DNA of 64,000 nucleotides from an uncultured Acidimicrobiaceae bacterium (GTDB taxonomy: Bacteria; Actinomycetota; Acidimicrobiia; Acidimicrobiales; Bog-793): contig CAWKGD010000003.1 in assembly GCA_963849105.1 (NCBI GenBank), forward strand, positions 705,428-769,427, read 5' to 3'. Each line of letters opens with the position of its first letter. Position 1 is the first letter of the stretch. The notes under the pieces were generated by a model. That model saw only the letters and a list, made by a program, of their open reading frames with translations. It did not search any database and was not told the DNA's origin. Positions 1-8,528 of the stretch are shown piece by piece. The position numbers and the translations under genes are program-made.

Positions 1-49
1 CTTGTCGTTTTACGACCCCGGGAAAGTTGCGAACCCTCTCGGGGACGCC

Positions 50-69
50 GGCGTCGATGCGCCGCTTTT
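50..69 (+). terminator. Candidate intrinsic terminator for a + strand gene lying left of the window
   Basis: GGCGT/GCGCC 5-bp stem (one G-U pair) with CGAT loop at 50-63, then GC and TTTT (66-69). The stem is weak and the gene it would terminate is not visible. Confidence 0.3.
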
Positions 70-175
70 GGGGTGTTCTTGGCGCTCGCCGCATTCCTCG
101 GTATGAACGGGGTGAGTCTCGGCGAGCTCTTCTGACGCTCGCACCAGTTGTCCGTAAGGCGGTGTTGCGCCTCGA

Positions 176-203
176 ACACAAAAGCCCGAGCGTTAGCTCG
201 GGC
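176..203 (-). terminator. Rho-independent terminator (minus strand)
   Basis: Perfect 8-bp stem GCCCGAGC/GCTCGGGC (184-191 and 196-203) with a 4-nt loop. On the minus strand it is followed directly by UUUUGUGUU. Confidence 0.6.
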
Positions 204-549
204 GTTCCCTGTCCGGCGGACTCATCTCCTCTGAAGAGTCACTCGTTCGCACGCGGACTCCTTCTTCGGTAACCGACACGGTTGTCCGTGCAACGTCATG
301 GTACCGCCGGGGCTTCGAATTGTCTCCCCGCAATTTGGCGATCTTCTGCGCCAAATGCGGGATGAAAACGCCGCACGCACGGGCCGCGCCTCGACTGCAG
401 CGGTGGCCACGTCGGTCTACAAGGCTCCGTGACCGAACATTGCAATTTCATTTCGGTCGGCAAACGAGGGGGGTCCACGTCACTCGAGGAATGTCAGCCG
501 CAGCGCGGCCCAGGTGCCGTATCCCACGTCGTGCCTGGTGAAATGAGAC

Positions 550-1356
550 CTAACTGCCGTCGCGCCGATACAGGAACAAGGCGACGATGAAGGCAGCGGC
601 GAACATCCCCGCCGACCAGGTGATCGACTGCCAGACGTAGTGCGCCGCCGGACCGCCCTCGAGCAACGCTCGCACGGCGCCCACTGTGACGCTGAAGGGT
701 TGGTTATTCGCGAAGGGTCGCAACCAACCCGGCATCGTCGAGATGGGGACGATGGCGCTGCTCGCGAACATCAAGATAAAAAAGGGCAGGATGCCCGCGA
801 TCTGCGCCGACTCGGGGTCCTTCGCCGCGATGCCAATCGCGGTGTAGATCCAGGAAAATCCGTAGCCGAACGCGATGACGATGAATAGCCCGGCGATGAT
901 GGACGGAATCGGGGCGTGGAAGCTGAATCCGACCGCGAGTCCGAGGCCGACCATCAATGCGAGCGAGAGAACACTGCGGCTGAGGTCAGCGAGCGTTCGG
1001 CCCGCGAGAACAGCGGATCGGGACATCGGCAGGCTTCGGAGACGGTCGATGAAGCCGCTCTTCATGTCCTGCGCAATGCTGATCGTCGTCGTCATGCTTC
1101 CGATCATGACGGCCTCGAGGAAGACCGCCGGAACGACGAAATTGACGTAACTCTCGCCGGGAACAACGACCGCTCCTCCGAGCACGTAACGGAACAGAAT
1201 GAGAAAGAGTGCCGGTTGCAAGGCGCTCACGACGACGAGTATCGGCGTACGGGCAACTCGCAGCATGTTGCGTTTTGTCATCCCGACGGTGTCGCGTACC
1301 GTCAGCGTGATGCCTCGGCGCCCGGTCGAGGAACGCAATGAGGCCGCGACGTTCAC
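550..1356 (-). CDS. ABC-2 type transporter permease (DrrB-like)
   Basis: 268-aa ORF made mostly of hydrophobic helices, with ABC-2 family architecture. Its start overlaps the stop of the upstream ATPase gene by 4 nt (1353-1356). Confidence 0.85.
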   Translation of the reverse strand: MNVAASLRSSTGRRGITLTVRDTVGMTKRNMLRVARTPILVVVSALQPALFLILFRYVLGGAVVVPGESYVNFVVPAVFLEAVMIGSMTTTISIAQDMKSGFIDRLRSLPMSRSAVLAGRTLADLSRSVLSLALMVGLGLAVGFSFHAPIPSIIAGLFIVIAFGYGFSWIYTAIGIAAKDPESAQIAGILPFFILMFASSAIVPISTMPGWLRPFANNQPFSVTVGAVRALLEGGPAAHYVWQSITWSAGMFAAAFIVALFLYRRDGS

Positions 1357-2345
1357 GATCGCGCTGGCCTTGCCGGCGTCGGTGTCTCGGCCTCCTCGCC
1401 GTCCAACGCCCTTTCTCCGGTCAATGCGAGGAAGACGTCGTCGAGGGAGGGCCGGCGGATCCCCAGATCATCGACCGGGATGCCAGCTGCCTCGAGACGA
1501 CGACCTGCCTCAAGCAAAAGGTGCGTGCCTCCGCTCGAAGGCACATTGACGATCTGTCGTTCAACATCGGTGTGCGACGCCGTTTGGGCGAGCGAAGTGA
1601 AAAGCGTCGCGACAGCTTCGAGGTCGTCTGAGTGGGAAACGCGCGCCTCGATGACGTCGCCGCCCAACTGATTCTTCAATTGCTGGACGGAGCCGGTCGC
1701 GATGACCCGACCTTCGTCGAGGACAACGACGCGATGCGCGAGCCGCTCCGCTTCTTCCATGTATTGCGTCGTCAGCAAGACCGTTGTGCCGTGATCGACG
1801 AGTTCTTCGATGTACGACCACAAATCGTTGCGGGTCTTCGGGTCGAGACCGGTGGTCGGCTCGTCGAGGAAAACGACGGGTGGCTCGCCCACGAGACTTG
1901 CCGCGACGTCGAGCCGTCGGCGCATCCCACCCGAATACCCCTTCACCAGACGGTCGCCCGCTGAGCCGAGACCGAAGCGCTCGAGTGCTTGCGCGGCTCG
2001 GCGCTTGTATTCCCGTCGATCGAGGTGGTACCAGAGACCAACGAGTTCGAGGTTCTCCCTTCCCGTGAGCAGCTCGTCGACTGCTGCGTACTGCCCTGCA
2101 AGGCCAATCAGCGATCGGACGGTCGCGGGTGCCTCGACGACGTCGTGACCCTCGACGAGCGCGCGCCCGGAATCGGGTCGCAGAAGAGTCGAAAGGACCC
2201 GGATCAGTGTTGTCTTGCCGGCTCCGTTCGGACCGAGGAGACCGAGGACCTTTCCGGTTTCCGCGCCGAGATCGACGTGATCGAGCGCGAGCGTCTCACC
2301 GAAGCGCTTCGTGACTTGTTCGACTTCGACCGCGTTCGGCGGCAC
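1353..2345 (-). CDS. ABC transporter ATP-binding protein (DrrA-like)
   Basis: Walker A GPNGAGKTT, signature YSGGMRRRL and Walker B VVFLDEPTTGLD are all present in the 330-aa ORF. Confidence 0.92.
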   Translation of the reverse strand: MPPNAVEVEQVTKRFGETLALDHVDLGAETGKVLGLLGPNGAGKTTLIRVLSTLLRPDSGRALVEGHDVVEAPATVRSLIGLAGQYAAVDELLTGRENLELVGLWYHLDRREYKRRAAQALERFGLGSAGDRLVKGYSGGMRRRLDVAASLVGEPPVVFLDEPTTGLDPKTRNDLWSYIEELVDHGTTVLLTTQYMEEAERLAHRVVVLDEGRVIATGSVQQLKNQLGGDVIEARVSHSDDLEAVATLFTSLAQTASHTDVERQIVNVPSSGGTHLLLEAGRRLEAAGIPVDDLGIRRPSLDDVFLALTGERALDGEEAETPTPARPARS

Positions 2346-2455
2346 CGGCGTCTCCTCGATCGGTCTGCGCGCACGGTACGCGCCGAGGCGTACGGCGTCC
2401 CGGGTCCTTCGTCACGGTAGCGGTCCTGATTGCGTGGTCCTGGCATGCTCTTGGT

Positions 2456-2905
2456 GTGGATGGCGATTCGATTTCGATCCGACGGCTCGAGGCGCGCGAC
2501 GAGAGCAGCTGGCGCGTCCTTTGGCAGGGGTACCTCGACTTTTACCGTGAGACGGTTTCTGAGGAGATCACGAAGGCAACGTTCTTGCGACTGTGCGACG
2601 GGAGCGGTGGTCTCGTCGGCTTTGTCGCCGTGGATGGAAAAGAGGGGCCGATTGGCATCGTTCACCTCGTCTTCCACTCGTCGACGTGGTTCACGAGACC
2701 GGCCTGTTATATGGAGGACCTCTTCGTCGCCCGAGGAGCCCGCGGATTCGACGTTGCCCGTCGGCTCATCGAGACGGTGTACGCGGAAGCCGACCGCCGG
2801 GGTGCGGAGAAGGTGTACTGGCACACCCAGGAATACAACGCGCCCGCTTGCTCGCTTTACGACACGCTCGCCCGACGTGTTTCGTTCGTCGTCTACGAGC
2901 GCTGA
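2456..2905 (+). CDS. GNAT family N-acetyltransferase
   Basis: 149-aa ORF with a GTG start. Typical GNAT core (VHLVFH..MEDLFVARGARGFDVARRLIE..A....G). Confidence 0.8.
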   Translation: MDGDSISIRRLEARDESSWRVLWQGYLDFYRETVSEEITKATFLRLCDGSGGLVGFVAVDGKEGPIGIVHLVFHSSTWFTRPACYMEDLFVARGARGFDVARRLIETVYAEADRRGAEKVYWHTQEYNAPACSLYDTLARRVSFVVYER

Positions 2906-2917
2906 GCGACGCTCGCG

Positions 2918-4294
2918 TCAGGACTGCAGAAGGTTCTCGACGAAAGCGGCACGCCGAGCCGGGCGCCCGGTGCGTTCCTCGACGTGATCGCCGGTTCGCA
3001 TCGAGATGATGCCCAAGTTGACACCGATGTAGCGCATTGGTTCGGGCTCCCACCGGCGACTCCGGTGGTTGACCCAAGGGAAATGGGTGAGCTCCGAGTC
3101 GCGACCGGAGATGAGATCAGCGAGCGTTCGGCCAGCGAGATTTGAAGCGGCGACGCCATACCCGACGTAGCCGCCGGCCGAAGCGAGACCAGAAGTGGCG
3201 TCGAAGGCCACGGAGGGGTACCAGTCGCGCGGCACACCGATCGGTCCGCCCCAGCGGTGGGTGATGGCGACGCCGTCGAGCTGCGGGAAAAGGTCGACGA
3301 TCGAACGACGAAGCGCCTCGTGCACGTCGTCGTCCCGGTCGTAGCTGGAAGCGATGCGCGAGCCGTAGTGGTACGGCGCCCCGCGTCCACCGAACGCCAG
3401 GCGGCCATCGCTCGTGCGCTGCCCGTAAATGAACAGATGCCGGTAGTCGCTGAACGTTTCCCGGTGCGCAAGCCCGATCTCTTCCCACGCTGACTCGGGG
3501 AGCGGCTCGGTCGCCAGCATGAGCGAGTAGATGGGGATGATCGCCCGCGCCGCGCCCGGCAGGGTCGAGGTGTACCCCTCGGTTGCGCGCACGACAGTCT
3601 TCGCGCGCACCGTGCACCGTCCGCAGTGGAGCACGTGCGGAAAGATCTCGTCGACCTTCGTCTTCTCGAATATCCTCGCTCCCTGCCGTTCGACGGCCTT
3701 CGCGAGGCCGCGCACGAGGCGCGCCGGGTGCAACGACGCGCAGTGCGGCGTGTACGTCGCGCCGACGGCGTGCGACGCGTCGAGAATCGCCCGCGCCGCT
3801 TTCTCTCCGAGCAGCGCGAAGTCCTCCTCGCCGACACCGGCCGCGCGTGCTTCGTCGACCTCGGCGCTGGCGCGCGCGAACTGCACTTCGTTGCGGGCGA
3901 CGTCGATCGTCCCGCCTTTCGCAAACGCGCATTCGATGCCTTCTCGCGCGGCAACAACCCTGACCTCATCCACGGTCGTCTCCATCGCCTTGCGCAGGCG
4001 CGTCGTCGCGTCGAGCCCGGAAGAGTTCGCGATGCGCGACCAGGTCGCGGCGAGCTTCCCCGAGCACCATCCGCCGTTGCGGCCCGAGGCGCCGTAGCCG
4101 CAAATCTCCCGCTCGAGGATCGCCACCGACAAGCTGGGATCGGCGTCGTGGAGGTAGTACGCCGTCCACAGTCCGGTGTATCCGCCTCCGACGACGGCAA
4201 CGTCGACTTCGAGGTCGTGATCGAGCGCCGGGCGCGGCACAACGGGCTCTAGTAGCGAGTCGAACCAGAGCGAGAGCCCCTCGTACGTGCTCAT
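2918..4294 (-). CDS. FAD-dependent oxidoreductase (DAO family, gamma-glutamylputrescine oxidase PuuB-like)
   Basis: N-terminal dinucleotide-binding motif VAVVGGGYTGL. At 458 aa it has DAO-family length. It lies immediately downstream of a class-III aminotransferase gene. Confidence 0.8.
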   Translation of the reverse strand: MSTYEGLSLWFDSLLEPVVPRPALDHDLEVDVAVVGGGYTGLWTAYYLHDADPSLSVAILEREICGYGASGRNGGWCSGKLAATWSRIANSSGLDATTRLRKAMETTVDEVRVVAAREGIECAFAKGGTIDVARNEVQFARASAEVDEARAAGVGEEDFALLGEKAARAILDASHAVGATYTPHCASLHPARLVRGLAKAVERQGARIFEKTKVDEIFPHVLHCGRCTVRAKTVVRATEGYTSTLPGAARAIIPIYSLMLATEPLPESAWEEIGLAHRETFSDYRHLFIYGQRTSDGRLAFGGRGAPYHYGSRIASSYDRDDDVHEALRRSIVDLFPQLDGVAITHRWGGPIGVPRDWYPSVAFDATSGLASAGGYVGYGVAASNLAGRTLADLISGRDSELTHFPWVNHRSRRWEPEPMRYIGVNLGIISMRTGDHVEERTGRPARRAAFVENLLQS

Positions 4295-4313
4295 GCCGGT
4301 TGAGCTGGGCGCG

Positions 4314-5687
4314 TCAGAGTCGGTCCCAGGCCTCCTCGAGCGTGGTCCGGAGGATGTCGGTCATCTCTCGGAATTGCTCTGGTCCGCAGACGAGCGGAGG
4401 AGCGAGTTGGATGACAGGATCCCCGCGGTCGTCAGCGCGACAGATCAGACCGCTCTCGAAAAGATGCGGGGACAGGAACTCGCGCAAGAGCCATTCCGAC
4501 TCGTGTTCGTTGAACGTCGCTTTCGTTGCCTTGTCCTTCACGAGTTCGATTCCCCAGAAGTAGCCCGCACCTCGGACGTCTCCGACAATCGGCAGGTCGG
4601 ACAGCGAGTCGAGTGCAGTGCGGAAACCCGCCTCGTTCTCGCGCACGTGCCGACAGAGGTCTTCGCGAGCGAAGACGTCGAGGTTTGCGATTCCGACCGC
4701 GCTGGAGACCGGGTGGCCGGCGAAGGTGATGCCGTGGAGGAAGCTTGTCTTTGCCGAAAGGAAAGGCTCGACCAGGCGGTCGCTCGCCACCATCGCACCG
4801 AGCGGCGCGTAACCACTCGTGACTCCTTTCGCGATCGTGATGATGTCGGGCTGGTAGCCGTATCGTTCGGCGCCGAAGTAGTAACCGAGGCGACCCCAAG
4901 CGCAGATCACCTCGTCGGAAACGAACAAGACGCCGTGGCGGTCACAGATCTCGCGGACACGCTGGAAGTATCCCGGCAGCGCGGTGAAGCAGCCACCCGA
5001 GTTCTGCACCGGCTCGAGGATCACCATCGCCACCGTTTCGGGTCCTTCCCGAAGGATCGCCCGCTCGATCTCGTCTGCCGCCCAGAGGCCGAACGCCTCT
5101 TCGTCGTCCCCGTGCTCGGGAGCGCGGTAAAAGTTCGTGTTCGGTGCCTTGATTGCGCCGGGAACGAGCGGTTCGAACGGTGTCTTGATCGCGGGCACAC
5201 CGGTGAGGGAGAGCGCGCCCATCGTGGTGCCGTGGTACGCGATGAAGCGGCTGACGGCTTTTGTACGCTCGGGTTCGCCGGTCAACTTGAAGTACTGACG
5301 CGCGAGCTTCCACGCCGACTCGACTGCTTCGGACCCTCCGGTCGTGAAGAAGACCCGGTTCAGATCTCCCGGCGTGAGCGCGGCGATGCGCTCGGCAAGC
5401 TCGATCGCCGCCGGGTGGGCGTAGGTCCACAGCGGGAAGTAACCGAGGTCTTCCGCCTGCTTCGTCCCCGCCTGCGCGAGCTCCGTGCGGCCATGGCCGG
5501 CCTGGACGGTGAACAGGCCCGAGAGCCCGTCCAAGTACCGCTTGCCGTGCTGGTCCCAGACGTACGGCCCGTCGCCGCGCACCATGATCGGGATGTCCTT
5601 GCGCTCGTACGCGCCGAGCCTCGTGAAGTGCATCCACAGGTGGCGTCGCGCCACCCGCTGCAACTCGGCGTTCGTCGGCAGACTCAT
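4314..5687 (-). CDS. Class III (omega) aminotransferase, putrescine/GABA-type
   Basis: The ORF runs 4314..5753, but the conserved core begins at MSLPTNAELQ (ATG at 5687). Class-III motifs are present: DEVICAWGRLG, and IAKGVTSGY as the PLP-lysine context. Confidence 0.88.
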   Translation of the reverse strand: MSLPTNAELQRVARRHLWMHFTRLGAYERKDIPIMVRGDGPYVWDQHGKRYLDGLSGLFTVQAGHGRTELAQAGTKQAEDLGYFPLWTYAHPAAIELAERIAALTPGDLNRVFFTTGGSEAVESAWKLARQYFKLTGEPERTKAVSRFIAYHGTTMGALSLTGVPAIKTPFEPLVPGAIKAPNTNFYRAPEHGDDEEAFGLWAADEIERAILREGPETVAMVILEPVQNSGGCFTALPGYFQRVREICDRHGVLFVSDEVICAWGRLGYYFGAERYGYQPDIITIAKGVTSGYAPLGAMVASDRLVEPFLSAKTSFLHGITFAGHPVSSAVGIANLDVFAREDLCRHVRENEAGFRTALDSLSDLPIVGDVRGAGYFWGIELVKDKATKATFNEHESEWLLREFLSPHLFESGLICRADDRGDPVIQLAPPLVCGPEQFREMTDILRTTLEEAWDRL

Positions 5688-5798
5688 TCGAAACCCCCAA
5701 AGCGTCCTGGCGCCCCTCCACCGTAGACCTTTTTCCTGGTGGGGGGCCTGCAAAGCCAGTCTGTATGACTTGCCGAGTAATTATGTAATCTTGTAATC

Positions 5799-6416
5799 AT
5801 GAGAAATCACCATTGGCATGGAGAAGAGGGCCACCGGGGCAGAGGCCCGCGTGGCCGGAGAGGCTTCCGCGGCGGCTTCGACCGGCGGGGCAGGCCGCAG
5901 ACGACGCCGGAGGAGCGCGCCGAGATCGCGGCGTGGTTCAAGGGAAGCCTTGTCGACGGCTGGTTCGCCGGCGACCCGAGCTTCGAGATCGACGACTACG
6001 AGATCCTCGTCGTCGGGACCCTCGACGCCGACGACCTCGGCGCTACGTCGGAGCAGAAATCAATCGCGGAGTCGGCGCGCATCGACACGTTCCGCCGCGA
6101 CAGCCGTGACCGGCGCGTCGAGGTCGCCGGCAGAGCGGAGGAACGGTTCGGGCGGGCGGTGTCGTGGGGGGCAACGGTCGGCGAAACGACCGAATTGTTC
6201 ACGACGGCGAGTGTGCCGTTCATGACCCGGCTCGGCATCCGGCATCGCCGAATCCTCGACACCCTCGTCGAAGCGGGCGTCGCCCGTAGCCGATCGGAAG
6301 CGCTCGCGTGGTGCGTCGAGCTCGTCGGTCAACACGAGCAGGAATGGCTCGCGCAGTTGCGTGATGCCCTCGACGCGGTGGGACGCGCCCGGGAGCAGGG
6401 ACCGGCGACTTTTTAG
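5799..6416 (+). CDS. Hypothetical protein with Arg/Gly/His-rich N-tail and C-terminal ribbon-helix-helix-like segment
   Basis: 205-aa ORF. The C-terminal FMTRLGIRHRRILDTLVEAGVARSRSEALAWCVELV resembles CopG/Arc-type RHH. The ATG sits directly after an AT-rich promoter-like patch. Confidence 0.55.
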   Translation: MRNHHWHGEEGHRGRGPRGRRGFRGGFDRRGRPQTTPEERAEIAAWFKGSLVDGWFAGDPSFEIDDYEILVVGTLDADDLGATSEQKSIAESARIDTFRRDSRDRRVEVAGRAEERFGRAVSWGATVGETTELFTTASVPFMTRLGIRHRRILDTLVEAGVARSRSEALAWCVELVGQHEQEWLAQLRDALDAVGRAREQGPATF

Positions 6417-6424
6417 TCGCGAAC

Positions 6425-6838
6425 TCAGCGGCGACCGTTCTTTGAGCGGCCGTGGTCGGACGTTGACTTCGCGTTCGCCTTTTCGATCACCCGGGCGATG
6501 TTGTCGAGACGAGCGAGCTCGTTTCGGTGCTGCGCGGCGAGCGCAGCGAGAACGCTTCGACCGGTCGGAGTGAGCCGCAGCCGCACCACGCGCCGGTCGT
6601 CGTCGTCGGTCCGCCGCGTGACGAGACCCGCCATCGCGGCGCGGTCGACGAGTCCGACGGTGCTGTTGTGGCGAAGTCCGAGGTAGTGCGCGACGTCTCC
6701 GACGGTCGGGCCGCGCCGGTCGGGATGACCGCGCACAGCGACCAGCAGTTCGTGTTGGATCGGGGTGACGCCGGCGGCGATCGCCGCATGGTCGCGGTCA
6801 CGAAGGAAGGTGCGTAGCGCCGTCCAGCGCGCGAGCAA
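6425..6838 (-). CDS. MarR family transcriptional regulator
   Basis: Winged-HTH pattern TVGDVAHYLGLRHNSTVGLVDRAAMAGLVTRRTDDDDRRVVRLRLTPTG. Confidence 0.88.
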   Translation of the reverse strand: MLARWTALRTFLRDRDHAAIAAGVTPIQHELLVAVRGHPDRRGPTVGDVAHYLGLRHNSTVGLVDRAAMAGLVTRRTDDDDRRVVRLRLTPTGRSVLAALAAQHRNELARLDNIARVIEKANAKSTSDHGRSKNGRR

Positions 6839-6935
6839 CGCTTGGTAGTGCGCGTCGTTGAGGCGTTTGGGAGATGTCTCGGCGAGGCTTCGCGCAGGGC
6901 TGATGAGGGATTTTACCGCAATCCGTCACTCACTG

Positions 6936-6949
6936 TGCAACTGATTGCA
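6936..6949. promoter_or_regulatory. Candidate MarR operator palindrome
   Basis: TGCAA-ctga-TTGCA inverted repeat in the 132-nt gap upstream of the marR start. Confidence 0.25.
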
Positions 6950-6970
6950 GCGTTTGACGGTTCGCGACGC

Positions 6971-7693
6971 TCACACAGCCGCTTGGGCGCGGCGTCGCGC
7001 CGCGTCGACGAGGGCGGCGAACAAAGAGAGATCCTCGCCGACCTCTGGGTGCCACTGGACTCCGATCAGATAGTCGAGCTCGGGATCCTCGATCGCTTCG
7101 ATCGTGCCGTCGTCGGCGTGGGCGACGACGCGCAGACCCTTGCCGAGCTGCGCGATCGCTTGGTGATGATGGCTCGCGGTCTGCACGTCGCGGCCGGCGA
7201 GGATCCTGGCGAGGCGGCTTCCTTTTTCGACCTCCACGCCATGCCAGGCGTATTCACCGGCCTTCGGCGAGTGTCCAGAGTGTCCGACGACGTCGGGGAG
7301 GTGTTGGTGGAGCGTGCCACCGCGCGCGACGTTCAGCACCTGAAGCCCCCGACAGATGGCGAGCGTCGGAGTGTCCGATCCGCTCGCAGCCTCAACCAGG
7401 GCGAGCTCGAACTCGTCGCGTTCGGGGCGCGGGGTCTGGGTGTTCTCGTGTGGCTCTGCGTCGTAGCGGCTCGGATCGACGTCGGGGCCGCCCGACATAA
7501 CGACCGCGTCGACGTGCGCCAGCAAGTCTGCGACGCCTGCTGAGTGGATCGGCAGCACCATCGGCGCGCCGCCCGCGCGTTCGACGGCGTGGACGTAGGT
7601 CGACGGCACGAGAACGGCGGGTTCTGACCACGGACCCCAGCGGGCGTCTTCCTCGTACGCGGTGATGCCGACGACCGGGCGCATACTGGTCAT
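6971..7693 (-). CDS. Class I glutamine amidotransferase-like hydrolase (PuuD / peptidase C26, gamma-glutamyl-GABA hydrolase-like)
   Basis: The ORF runs 6971..7849, but homology begins at MRPVVGITAY. Nucleophile context LAICRGLQVLNVARGG. The start is ATG 7693 or 7684. Confidence 0.85.
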   Translation of the reverse strand: MTSMRPVVGITAYEEDARWGPWSEPAVLVPSTYVHAVERAGGAPMVLPIHSAGVADLLAHVDAVVMSGGPDVDPSRYDAEPHENTQTPRPERDEFELALVEAASGSDTPTLAICRGLQVLNVARGGTLHQHLPDVVGHSGHSPKAGEYAWHGVEVEKGSRLARILAGRDVQTASHHHQAIAQLGKGLRVVAHADDGTIEAIEDPELDYLIGVQWHPEVGEDLSLFAALVDAARRRAQAAV

Positions 7694-7700
7694 TCTGACG

Positions 7701-8486
7701 TCACTCGGGCGTGACGTACGCGGCATGGACGCCGCCGTCGACCATGAACGACGTCGCGGTGATGAACGACGCGTCGTCCGACGCGAGGAAGCACGCTGCG
7801 GCAGCGATCTCCGCGGGCTCGGCGAAGCGCCCCATCGGCACGTGGACAAGGCGGCGGCGCGCCCGCTCCGGATCCTTTGCGAACAGCTCCTGCAACAAAG
7901 GCGTGTTCACCGGCCCGGGACAGAGCGCGTTCACGCGGACGCCCTGTCGGGCGAATTGCACACCGAGCTCGCGCGACATGGCGAGCACCCCGCCTTTCGA
8001 CGCCGTGTAGGAGATCTGTGAGGTCGCCGCGCCCAGGACCGCGACGAACGACGCCGTGTTGATGACCGATCCACCACCGTGGGTCAACAGACGGTCGATT
8101 CCGAGCTTGCAACACCAGTAGACGCTCGTCAGGTTGACCTCCTGCACGTGTCGCCAGGCGTCGATCCCGGTGGTGAGGATCGAATCGTCGTCTGGTGGGG
8201 AGATCCCGGCGTTGTTGAAGCAGACGTCGAGGCTCCCGAAGCGTTCGATCGCGGCGTCGTACATCGTCGCGACATCGTCGGGATTCGTGACATCCGCGTG
8301 GACGTACAGTCCGTCGATCTCGGCGGCGAGTTGCGATCCTTGATCATCGGTGAGATCGGCGACGACGACTCGGGCTCCCTCGGACGCGAAGCGGCGCGCG
8401 CTCGCTCGGCCGATCCCGCTCGCGGCTCCGGTGATCACGGCGACTTTTCCTTCGAGGCGTCCAGACACGGTGTGCTCCTTCGTCAT
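7701..8486 (-). CDS. SDR family oxidoreductase
   Basis: TGAASGIG cofactor motif, NNAG, and the catalytic YTASK of classical short-chain dehydrogenases. Confidence 0.9.
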   Translation of the reverse strand: MTKEHTVSGRLEGKVAVITGAASGIGRASARRFASEGARVVVADLTDDQGSQLAAEIDGLYVHADVTNPDDVATMYDAAIERFGSLDVCFNNAGISPPDDDSILTTGIDAWRHVQEVNLTSVYWCCKLGIDRLLTHGGGSVINTASFVAVLGAATSQISYTASKGGVLAMSRELGVQFARQGVRVNALCPGPVNTPLLQELFAKDPERARRRLVHVPMGRFAEPAEIAAAACFLASDDASFITATSFMVDGGVHAAYVTPE

Positions 8487-8528
8487 TCGAGGTCGAATTC
8501 CGCGCCCTTCGTGGAGGGCGGGATTCGG

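Noticed and set aside
299-404. tRNA-like element on the minus strand. ACCGCUG (404-398) pairs perfectly with CGGCGGU (309-303), followed by A-CCA, and there is a UUCGAA T-loop-like motif and a UUCA in a loop.
   Set aside because: At 106 nt it is too long. No 5-bp T-stem flanks the UUCGAA, and no acceptable D-arm or 5-bp anticodon stem can be drawn. The would-be variable arm would be a 13-bp hairpin. The acceptor-like pairing is probably just one helix of a larger structure.
204-549. RNase P RNA, tmRNA, SRP RNA, 6S RNA or a cobalamin/TPP/SAM riboswitch
   Set aside because: The universal strings I remember are absent: GAGGAAAGUCCGG and ACAGAACCCGGCUUA for RNase P; a tag reading frame ending ALAA-stop and a GGUUCGAUUCC...CCACCA 3' end for tmRNA; GGAAGCAGCC for SRP; and the B12 box. 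This is a memory-based check only and Rfam should be run.
4287-5726. 479-aa ORF on the plus strand
   Set aside because: Antisense shadow of the class-III aminotransferase gene, with a low-complexity composition. The same reasoning applies to 15991..17742 (antisense to tkt), 44984..46639 (antisense to aceB), 32789..34231 and 34096..36051 (antisense or off-frame to the SEDS genes), 39844..41595, 49836..51218, 27311..28915 and 60923..62350.
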